In this document: positions 56,523-64,000 of the stretch, piece after piece
How positions within the stretch are numbered: position 1 is the first letter of the stretch
Layout of the letters: every line of letters begins with the position of its first letter
Virus record (IMG/VR): IMGVR_UViG_3300014208_000024
Coordinates: 96,001 to 160,000 of that record
Direction: 5' to 3' (one strand)
Origin: a virus
Lineage: Duplodnaviria > Caudoviricetes
DNA length: 64,000 nucleotides
Translations under genes and position numbers: made by a program
The notes under the pieces: model-generated
The model's database searches: none
Told to the model about the DNA's origin: nothing
The model's input: only the letters and a program-made list of their open reading frames with translations

Positions 56523-57116
56523 TTAAAATGATCCTCCATCTATTACATCAAAGTTTACCGCAAAAATATCATATAAGTTTGTACTTGAAGAAAAAATTGT
56601 TGCAGCAGAAATGGATGAAAAATAAGAGCTTCCGCTTACTGATAAAGAATTTAAAGTTGCAGAAGTAATGTTTATTGTTTGAGAACTATATGTACCTGCA
56701 GTAAAAATGTTTATTCCATTTTGTACTGGAAATCCACTTCCACCACTGGATCCTGTAAGAATTATAGAACTTATTGGCGCTAAAACAAAACCTATTGAAG
56801 TTCCACTAAGAAAATATCCAGTTAAATCACTTTGTCCAGCATATGTTGTAATTTCACCAGTTGAAGCTGATATAACAAACATGTTGTTTAAGTTTATTCC
56901 ACTTAAAACTCTTAAATTACTTATAGTAGAACCAACCTCAAAAACACCTGGTTGTCCAGCTGATGGTTGATATATCCCCCCTGGTGTACCTGAAAACAAT
57001 AAAATACCATCATATGTATTAATAAGAGGTTCTCCCAAAAGAACATCCGATGGAATTGGGTTTGATCCTCCTGTTTCTTTTTTTCTTAACACATATCTTA
57101 TTTGATTATTTGCCAT
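56523..57116 (-). CDS. Short fibre-like virion protein
   Basis: GEPLINTYDG N-terminal fibre motif; shared module SATLNSLSVSG...TNLYDIF; ends IDGGSF; TATTTATA at 57133-57140. Confidence 0.65.
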   Translation of the reverse strand: MANNQIRYVLRKKETGGSNPIPSDVLLGEPLINTYDGILLFSGTPGGIYQPSAGQPGVFEVGSTISNLRVLSGINLNNMFVISASTGEITTYAGQSDLTGYFLSGTSIGFVLAPISSIILTGSSGGSGFPVQNGINIFTAGTYSSQTINITSATLNSLSVSGSSYFSSISAATIFSSSTNLYDIFAVNFDVIDGGSF

Positions 57117-57153
57117 TATATAATTTCTTTATTATAAATATTGTATTTTTATT

Positions 57154-58443
57154 TTACCAAGTACCACCAATTAAAACATCTCCTGATAAAATTATATTAT
57201 TTTTAGTTATTATTTTAACTGCATCCAAAACAATGGTCACTGCTGATGTTGTTTGCAAAGAACTTGTTCCAGTAACTGCTAATGAATTATTTATTAACAA
57301 AGCACCTGTCATTGTGTCTCCACTTTTATAAACATATAAACTGTTATTTTGAGACGGAGTAGAAAATATATCATATAAATTTGTTGCTCCAGAAATAAGT
57401 GTTCCAGCGCTCAATATCGTTGTGGAAATTGTTGTTAATTGAGATGTTCCAGAAACACTTAAGTTGTTTAAAGAAGCAGCAGAAATATTAACATAAGGTT
57501 TATTGGCTGTTCCTCCAGTGTATGTATTTAAACCAGGTTGTAAACGTGTAATATCTTCACTTCCTTTTACATCAAATATATCATATAAGTTTGTTGCTCC
57601 AGAAATAAACGTTCCAGCACTCAATATCGTTGTAGAAATTGTTGTTAATTGAGATGTTCCAGAAACACTTAAATTATTTAACGTAGCTGAAGAAACATTT
57701 ATAGATGGATTATCAACAGTTCCTCCTGTATATATATTTAAACCACTTTGAACATAAGTTTTGTTTAAATCAGAACCTATTGTTTGAAATATGTTATATA
57801 AATTTGTTGTTCCAGAAATAAATGTTCCAGCACTCAATGTCGTTGTAGAAATTGTTGTTAATTGAGATAAACCAGAAACACTTAAGTTGTTTAAAGAAGC
57901 AGCAGAAATATTAATATAAGGTTTATTATCTGTTCCTCCAGTGTATGTATTTAAACCAGGCTGTAAACGTGTAATATCTTCACTTCCTTTTACGTCAAAT
58001 ATATCATATAAATTTGTTGCTCCAGAAATAAGTGTTCCAGCACTCAATGTTGTTCCATATAATGTTGCAGCTGTAAGTAAATAGTCAACAGTGATTCCAG
58101 AGAAATGTTCAATTGGTACAGAATAAGCAATACCTCCACTTGTAAGAAAAGACAATTGATTATTTACAAAAGTTCCTCCAGTAGTAAAAGTATCTCCACT
58201 CAATTGAGCCACAAAAGACGTTAAATAAAAAGAAACATTAACTCCATCATTTCTTGATAATGTTACAACATATCCAGTATTACTTCCTCCAGTAACATAA
58301 TAATCATGAATTCCTGTGAGATTACTTCCGTCTCCATAAATTGTGGATGCCGACAAATTTTGAGAAAAGTAGGTGTCTCCCGATACAGTTCCTCCGCTCA
58401 ATTTTAAATAATCAGTGTTTATCGGTTTAATATATTGTCCCAT
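57154..58443 (-). CDS. Fibre-like virion protein with 70/71-aa repeats
   Basis: YLKLSGGTVSGD fibre motif; repeats A-B-A plus a partial fourth; ends GGTW. Confidence 0.7.
   Translation of the reverse strand: MGQYIKPINTDYLKLSGGTVSGDTYFSQNLSASTIYGDGSNLTGIHDYYVTGGSNTGYVVTLSRNDGVNVSFYLTSFVAQLSGDTFTTGGTFVNNQLSFLTSGGIAYSVPIEHFSGITVDYLLTAATLYGTTLSAGTLISGATNLYDIFDVKGSEDITRLQPGLNTYTGGTDNKPYINISAASLNNLSVSGLSQLTTISTTTLSAGTFISGTTNLYNIFQTIGSDLNKTYVQSGLNIYTGGTVDNPSINVSSATLNNLSVSGTSQLTTISTTILSAGTFISGATNLYDIFDVKGSEDITRLQPGLNTYTGGTANKPYVNISAASLNNLSVSGTSQLTTISTTILSAGTLISGATNLYDIFSTPSQNNSLYVYKSGDTMTGALLINNSLAVTGTSSLQTTSAVTIVLDAVKIITKNNIILSGDVLIGGTW
57364..58047 (-). repeat. Three tandem 210-213-nt repeats plus a partial copy
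   Basis: Units 1 and 3 share 65/70 aa and are near-identical in DNA; unit 2 is the 71-aa variant. Confidence 0.9.
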
Positions 58444-58533
58444 GTAAATATAAAAAGCGGTTTTAAATATATGCTTATCATAAATAAATAGTGATAAAAT
58501 AATTAAAATTTAACTATTTACAAAAAAAACAAC

Positions 58534-59088
58534 GTGAGTAATTCTGAATTTATTAGATATAAAATAAGACAAATTATACGAGAGGGAATTGCTCATATTT
58601 TAATGTCAAAAGTTCTTGATGATGGAAGAATTAATTTATTGAGTCATTCTACGCTATACGGAGCCCCATATTCAACGAAACCATTTGTGCTTAGGAATTA
58701 TATCGTCAAAAAAGAAATGCAATTTGAGATTGAATTAAGGCACTTATTTAATGACAACGTTATTCTTCATGAAGATAAAAAATCACAAGAATTAATAGCA
58801 TATTTAAAAAATGGCGGAAAACAAATTTTTACTTTAAAGCTAAGCTCAGATAGACTCAAACCATCTTTTATTCGTTTCGATTGTTTGCCTGGTAAAGAAA
58901 AAATAAAAATTCCAGTAACAATATCAGAAGAAGAAGTAGAAAGAATAATTTTAGATCACAGAGAAAAAATAATAGATGCTGGATTTAAAAATATATTTAA
59001 TCATCTTTACATACAAGTTCCAGAAAATTCTTCTACTGAATCTATAGAAGATTTTTATAAAGAAATTGGAAAAGAAACAAAATTATAA
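58534..59088 (+). CDS. Hypothetical late protein (GTG start)
   Basis: Leader SNSEFIRYKIRQIIREG; TATTTACA upstream. Confidence 0.65.
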   Translation: MSNSEFIRYKIRQIIREGIAHILMSKVLDDGRINLLSHSTLYGAPYSTKPFVLRNYIVKKEMQFEIELRHLFNDNVILHEDKKSQELIAYLKNGGKQIFTLKLSSDRLKPSFIRFDCLPGKEKIKIPVTISEEEVERIILDHREKIIDAGFKNIFNHLYIQVPENSSTESIEDFYKEIGKETKL

Positions 59089-60138
59089 AATTCCGCTTAC
59101 AAATAAATCTATTTGTTGTTTAGATAACATAACATTGATTTTATCTCCACTATCTATTACCGATTTCCATTTTGCTTGATTCACTTCTTCTAGTTTTTTG
59201 TCTTTTCCGTTTTTATTATAAGTCCATCCAGATTTTATTTCTATATTACTTCCGTTATAAAAAAAGTCTGTGTGATAAACATGAGATTTTCCATCATAAA
59301 TATAATCGTAACTCTTTCCATTAGAAACTTTTTCTAACAAACCTTTTTCTTCCATTTTTTCTAAGAAATAAAGCTCGTATGACCCTTGATAATATATTTC
59401 TGTATCTTTGTATCTTTTAACTTTATACTGGGCTTTAAAATGCTTTTGAAGAAGATTGTAATCTTTAAGATGATGAGATACTCCAAAATTATCCATTGAA
59501 GTTTGTTTTTTCTTTTCTTTAACAACTTCACTTTGTGAAGCATTTTCAACTCCATAATGTTCGTTTGTAGTTGCTTTTACTTTATCTTTTGTTTCTTGTA
59601 GTTGAGATATATTCTCTACTCCATGACGTTTTAAATTTGTTTTTTTTTGTTTATTTAAAAATTCTGGCAACTTTAAATGATGATCTACCCCGAATTTTTT
59701 TATTCTAGTTTGTTTTGCTTTTTCTGAAAACTCTTTAAAACAATTTTCTCCGTATTTTTCTATTTTAACCCTTTTGTTTTCCTGCGGATTATTGAAATTT
59801 TCGTCTCCGTATCTATTTTTTTTAGTATTTTTACTTTTTTCTTTTATAAATTCTAATTGAAATATATTATCAACACCAAATTTTTCTTTTACAGCTTCTT
59901 TAGAAAGGTCCACTCTTTTTTTTATGTTTTCTGGCATTTTTTGCCACGTTATTCTACATTCTTCAGAACATAGCCTTTTTGGATTACTTTTTCTAACCTC
60001 AAACTCTTTTCCACAAAGCAAACATTTTTTTATTTCTCTTGACTTTTTACTTTTTAATATATCTGCACATTTCCTACAACAAGTTTTCATTCCTTCTTTA
60101 GGATTTTCACATCCACATATTAAACATTTTTCTTTCAT
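59083..60138 (-). CDS. Free-standing homing-endonuclease-like protein, paralog of 5383..6609
   Basis: CLICG/CCRKC/CLLCG/CSEEC Zn motifs, K-x-K-F/Y-GV repeats, YQGSYE...YHTDF...IEIKSGWTYNKNGKDKKLE; own TATTTATA at 60176-60183. Confidence 0.8.
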   Translation of the reverse strand: MKEKCLICGCENPKEGMKTCCRKCADILKSKKSREIKKCLLCGKEFEVRKSNPKRLCSEECRITWQKMPENIKKRVDLSKEAVKEKFGVDNIFQLEFIKEKSKNTKKNRYGDENFNNPQENKRVKIEKYGENCFKEFSEKAKQTRIKKFGVDHHLKLPEFLNKQKKTNLKRHGVENISQLQETKDKVKATTNEHYGVENASQSEVVKEKKKQTSMDNFGVSHHLKDYNLLQKHFKAQYKVKRYKDTEIYYQGSYELYFLEKMEEKGLLEKVSNGKSYDYIYDGKSHVYHTDFFYNGSNIEIKSGWTYNKNGKDKKLEEVNQAKWKSVIDSGDKINVMLSKQQIDLFVSGIL

Positions 60139-60214
60139 ATATTTTGTTTTTTTACTAACCGAAGCTTAGTTTGATTATAAATATATAAAATTTTTTTGAA
60201 ATTATCAAATATAA

Positions 60215-60248
60215 AATAAAAAAGGGAGAAATAAAAAAATTCTCCCTT
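60215..60248 (-). terminator. Intrinsic terminator after the tail sheath gene
   Basis: AAGGGAGAA-N9-TTCTCCCTT with a minus-strand U-run. Confidence 0.8.
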
Positions 60249-60271
60249 GTAAGTAATTGATTATCAGATTT

Positions 60272-62701
60272 TTAAAAATCCGAAAAATTTGCACCAGTTG
60301 GTAAAACTTGAAATTCTAAATCTATAAATTCGGCAGTGCGAGTTGGCTTAAGCTGAATCTTTCCAATTAACATATTTCTGTCGATTGTTTCTGAAGTGTT
60401 GTTGCTGTCGTCCATAACTACACGAAATGCTGTAAGTCCCCTCTGGTTCTGTATTTGCAATAAAATAGGCTCTACTTTTGCTAAGAACTGATCTCTTAAA
60501 GTTTGATCATTTTGTTCGAACAACAGTGTTAATGCTGCAGCAGAAATAAGTCTTCTAACTTGTAACAATAATCTTCTGATGTTAATTCTGTCAAGAGCAG
60601 ATTGTCTTTGTTGAAGAGTTTTTTGTCCCCAAATTACAATACCTTGTTGTACAAAACTTGCAATAGGATTAATTCTACCTTCATAAAGAACATCTCTTTC
60701 TTCTTTCGAAAGTTTAATATCTGTTCTTTTAACACTTGTTCCAGCTGTAGCTCTATTCAAACCAGCAGGAGCAAACCAAGGTGCTGCAACGTTATCTGTC
60801 AAAGCTAATGTTTTAATTGCCAATAATGTTGGAGCTTGATATGTATATTTTCCAGAAATTGGGTCTTCAATTTGAATCCATGGCCAGTAAGTACATGCAT
60901 AATTAGAATCAATTCCAGTAGCTTCAAGAGTTGAAACTGCTTCTTCTGGTGTTCCTCTTTCTGTTGTTCCATCAGTAGTAGAGAAAACTGAAAGTCTTGG
61001 AGAATCTATTACATAAAGAATATCAGCTCTGTCTTCGATCATACTCAAAGCATATTTAACTATTCCAGTGTTATTTTGATAATCAACACCAGGAGTTGCA
61101 AACAAATTAATATCTACTGCTTCTGGATTTGAAAATACAGCAATAGCTTCTAAAAATTTAGTATAATTATCAGTTTCGCTTTCAACAAATTCTAAATAAG
61201 GGTATTCAAAAGTTTTATATTTATTAAAACCGTCAAAACCACCAGCAGGAACCAATGTAAATTTAAGCTTAGCTTTATCTACAATTCCAGATGTAGCAGT
61301 TGTTGTATAAGCTGTTAAAGAAACTTTATCTCCAGAAACATAATATCTTGAATCTGCTGTATTTTCCATGTGGAAACCTTTTGTATTCGTAGTTGCAGAT
61401 GATACATCGCCTCCATGATAAACAAACAAATCGGCTTCTATTGATTTTACAGAATTTCTAACAGATACAATGCTTGAAGTTAAGCTTGTATATCCTAATT
61501 CAGAAATTCCAAGATATGTTTTAAAAGTTGAATCTCCTGAAAGATAAAGTGTTTTATAAAATATATTAGGAATTGTTCCAGCATCTCCAGAAGCGCTAGC
61601 TGCACCTCTTAAAACATAACCTTCAAAACCTGCAGGAACAGAATTTTCTGGATATCTATTAGCTAATTCAACTGTAATAAACATTGATTTACTTGGATAT
61701 TCCTCATCCCATGTTCCAATGTATTTTCCAATAAAATTAGAAGCAGTTTCGTCCAATGTCACATTTGAATATTTTTCTAATGCTGTTTGAGATGCTGTTG
61801 CATCAGTATCTTCAAATCTTCTAATTATAACGTCAAAAGTATAATTGTTTACATCTAAATTTGCAATTGATATTTTTATTTCTCTTGCAGATGCATCACC
61901 ATCAGAAATAGTGTGAAATCTGAATAATCTATGAACTTCTCCACCAACAACTCTGGAAACAATCCAAGGTGTTATTGAATGAGCATAATCATCTCCATAA
62001 TCTGTATATCCACCATCAGTTTTGTAAGTAAGGGTAGATTGAAGCGCATTTACTCCTGAAAATAAATTCCTAGCAACACCTTCTCTGATAAAATGTGGAT
62101 AAATTTCTTCAACATAAAGATTAATTGCACCTGTTATTACTTTTGGATTTTTTCCAAAAACTTTAACAATATAATTATCTTTTGTTTCATCTAAAGAAAC
62201 TGAAAGTCCGTTTGTATATGCTGTTAAAGGACCAGTTGCTGCACTTATAACAAAATCACTTAAAGGATTTACCATTCCAGTTGTTCCGATTGTAACAGCT
62301 GATTGAACATCAAAATATTTTGTACCAGTACTACTTTGTTTACTTCTTAAAATTGCTAAAGTAGAGCCAGAATAACTATTTGTTGTTGCAGTAGAAGCGC
62401 TTAATGTAATAAGCCAAGCTGGAGAGTTTGTAAAACCACCCTGTCCCAAAACTCTGGAGATTGTTAAATCATTAGCTTGTGCTAAAAAAGAATTAGCTAC
62501 ATAACCTAAAGGAAAATCTGGACTTGTTCCTCCAAATCTTAATGCAAATTCATCTGCGCTAGATACTTTTATTGCTTCAAAAGCAGGTCCTTTTTCTGTT
62601 TTTCCAGCTAAACCAAGTCTGGTGATACCAATTCTAGAAGCAAATACTGAGAAATCTTGTTCTCTTGTATAAACTCCTGGGCTAACGAATATTGTGGCCA
62701 T
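60272..62701 (-). CDS. Tail sheath protein (T4 gp18-like)
   Basis: FVSPGVYTRE, WFAPAGLNR, RDVLYEGRINPI, IWGQKTL, LDRINIRRLL, KPTRTAEFIDLEF. Confidence 0.96.
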   Translation of the reverse strand: MATIFVSPGVYTREQDFSVFASRIGITRLGLAGKTEKGPAFEAIKVSSADEFALRFGGTSPDFPLGYVANSFLAQANDLTISRVLGQGGFTNSPAWLITLSASTATTNSYSGSTLAILRSKQSSTGTKYFDVQSAVTIGTTGMVNPLSDFVISAATGPLTAYTNGLSVSLDETKDNYIVKVFGKNPKVITGAINLYVEEIYPHFIREGVARNLFSGVNALQSTLTYKTDGGYTDYGDDYAHSITPWIVSRVVGGEVHRLFRFHTISDGDASAREIKISIANLDVNNYTFDVIIRRFEDTDATASQTALEKYSNVTLDETASNFIGKYIGTWDEEYPSKSMFITVELANRYPENSVPAGFEGYVLRGAASASGDAGTIPNIFYKTLYLSGDSTFKTYLGISELGYTSLTSSIVSVRNSVKSIEADLFVYHGGDVSSATTNTKGFHMENTADSRYYVSGDKVSLTAYTTTATSGIVDKAKLKFTLVPAGGFDGFNKYKTFEYPYLEFVESETDNYTKFLEAIAVFSNPEAVDINLFATPGVDYQNNTGIVKYALSMIEDRADILYVIDSPRLSVFSTTDGTTERGTPEEAVSTLEATGIDSNYACTYWPWIQIEDPISGKYTYQAPTLLAIKTLALTDNVAAPWFAPAGLNRATAGTSVKRTDIKLSKEERDVLYEGRINPIASFVQQGIVIWGQKTLQQRQSALDRINIRRLLLQVRRLISAAALTLLFEQNDQTLRDQFLAKVEPILLQIQNQRGLTAFRVVMDDSNNTSETIDRNMLIGKIQLKPTRTAEFIDLEFQVLPTGANFSDF

Positions 62702-62759
62702 GTTTTTTTATTTTTAAATTATTGTTTCTAATAAATAGATAAAAAAAGTATAAATTATT

Positions 62760-63470
62760 TTATTTCTCAGAAATTTTAATAGAAATTTTCTTTATCGTAT
62801 TTACTTTCTCAAAATCTGTAGGGTCAACTATTTTTCCTAAAATAGTAACAGGGACTGAAATTTGATAAACTCTCTCTGAACTAATATCATCTAAAGACGA
62901 TTCATCACTGGGTTCCCCCATCTTTAAAGCAATATCATAACCATTAGCTTTTATATATCCTTGGCCGTTACTATATGCTCTATCCAACATCATTTCATAA
63001 AAATCATCTACATCTTCCATATAATGACCTACAAATTTTACATCAAATTCAATATCAACATATGCTGGTTGTGGAATTTTATATAAATCATATCCCTTTA
63101 ATGTACCATCAAATGTTGGAACTTTCACAAAAGTAAACATTTTTTTATTCGGTATAGTATATTTATTTGGAGCCGTTCCTCTTTTTACTGCAGTTCTTAT
63201 TAAAGCAATAAATGGTCTTGCCATTTCTTCTCCATTTTCTGATCTCATCTCTTTCCAATTCATTTTTCTTTCAGCCCACAACTCTTGAGAAATATAAACT
63301 ACTGGAACTCTTCTTGACAGTCCGTTTTCCATAATCAAATGTAAATTTTGACTTTCAATAAATTGTTTAAAACCTAAACTTAAATCTTCGATATTAAGAC
63401 GTTGTGGTAAAAAGTTGTGGTTTTTAAACTGATTATCAAGGTTTTTACCTATGTTTCTTAAAGCACTCAT
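62760..63470 (-). CDS. Tail terminator / sheath stabiliser (T4 gp15-like)
   Basis: RVPVVY...ELW, PFIALIR, IPQPAYVDIEFDV; adjacent to sheath; TATTTATA at 63481-63488. Confidence 0.6.
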   Translation of the reverse strand: MSALRNIGKNLDNQFKNHNFLPQRLNIEDLSLGFKQFIESQNLHLIMENGLSRRVPVVYISQELWAERKMNWKEMRSENGEEMARPFIALIRTAVKRGTAPNKYTIPNKKMFTFVKVPTFDGTLKGYDLYKIPQPAYVDIEFDVKFVGHYMEDVDDFYEMMLDRAYSNGQGYIKANGYDIALKMGEPSDESSLDDISSERVYQISVPVTILGKIVDPTDFEKVNTIKKISIKISEK

Positions 63471-63499
63471 TAATTTTTATTATAAATAGTGAAAAAATA

Positions 63500-63531
63500 T
63501 TTGCTTTAAAACTATTTTTTTTTTATATTTG
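63500..63531 (+). promoter_or_regulatory. Bacteroidota sigmaA consensus promoter TTTG-N20-TATATTTG pointing into a non-coding region
   Basis: TTTG 63500-63503, TATATTTG 63524-63531; no + strand ORF follows in the track. Confidence 0.75.
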
Positions 63532-63539
63532 CTCTGAAA

Positions 63540-63830
63540 TTATTTTTTACTTATAGATAGACGGCTAAAAACACCTGATCTATATTTTAAGTCCATCAAG
63601 GGAACCAATTTGGACACTGGAGAACAACAGGAACAAACCAGGGAGGCGATTTACTTACAATCGATAGTGTTCCAAGCCAATCAAGGTAAGTGATTAGATT
63701 GGTTGCAAAGGAGGGGGGCGATACTCAAGAAAGTATATATTCCTTATACCATAAATGCAGAGTTCTCAAATCTAAGTAAATTTTGCTTGGGTAAGGGGGA
63801 ACTCTGCTTCGAAAAAAGGCTCAATCTAAG
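63540..63830 (+). ncRNA. Candidate structured non-coding RNA of unknown class
   Basis: Helices 63552-58/63578-84, 63610-19/63665-75, 63647-51/63659-63, 63676-82/63697-703, 63757-67/63797-807 and 63771-79/63783-91; G-U pairs only work on +; GC-richer than the flanks. Confidence 0.6.
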
Positions 63831-63891
63831 AAAATATTCCTAAGTAACTTGTATATATAAAAGTAACTTATATTAATATAAGGGCAAATTT

Positions 63892-64000
63892 TTACCTTCC
63901 TTTCATAATGTCTTCATCAACTTCTACTCCTTTAATTGTAATATAGAATCTTCTATCTCCAGCCCAAGAGTGTTTATTAGAAATTTGAGAATATCCATCA
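63892..64000 (-). CDS. C-terminal fragment of a probable neck/head-completion protein (partial)
   Basis: DGYSQISNKHSWAGDRRFYITIKGVEVDEDIMKGR*; synteny upstream of the gp15-like and sheath genes. Confidence 0.5.
   Translation of the reverse strand, partial: DGYSQISNKHSWAGDRRFYITIKGVEVDEDIMKGR

Noticed and set aside
52087-58443. Diversity-generating retroelement acting on the fibre genes
   Set aside because: No reverse transcriptase in the window; repeat differences are not confined to adenines and the copies are all in-frame coding
63588-63645. Resemblance to RNase P RNA (AAGTCC; CAACAGGAACAAACC versus CAACAGAGAGCAAACC)
   Set aside because: The GAGGAAAGUCC start and the terminal ACAGAACCCGGCUUA-type conserved regions are not present; kept only as an unknown RNA
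1-64000. Stop-codon reassignment, as seen in some jumbo phages
   Set aside because: Conserved genes are full length in code 11 and TAG is used as a genuine stop (e.g. 2736, 34300)
1-64000. tRNA or rRNA genes
   Set aside because: No cloverleaf with T-loop GTTCRA or rRNA signature was seen by eye; tRNAscan-SE would confirm

Overview
AT-rich 64 kb segment of a T4-like jumbo myovirus read in the standard genetic code, with most genes on the minus strand. The host is probably Bacteroidota: the sigma70 and NrdJ are Bacteroidota-type, TAnnTTTG/TTG promoters are present and leaders are A-rich without SD. The window holds (i) a replication/nucleotide block: Nudix, UvrD, sigma70, HAD, class II RNR, DnaB, 5'-3' exonuclease, RecA, an atypical PolA and DnaE; (ii) baseplate/tail genes: hub-GH19 fusion, gp53/LysM-like, a 22-aa-repeat tube-initiator-like protein, tape measure and two gp26-like proteins; (iii) portal and large terminase, each with an endonuclease-bearing intein; (iv) fibre genes sharing a repeated module, plus tail tube, sheath and a gp15-like gene; (v) five free-standing PD-(D/E)XK-type endonucleases. 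The best candidates for novelty are four. First, a roughly 300-nt GC-enriched, multi-helix RNA with a possible loop-loop pairing behind a perfect Bacteroidota promoter (about 63500-63830). Second, two unannotated ribbon-helix-helix micro-ORFs with a palindromic operator over the promoter, coupled to a Zn-repeat endonuclease (32603-34303). Third, a clean two-class promoter scheme (TAnnTTTG versus TATTTATA). Fourth, a shared N-terminal leader on scattered late genes, including an ADP-ribosyltransferase-fold protein. All family calls come from motif recognition by eye, not from database searches.
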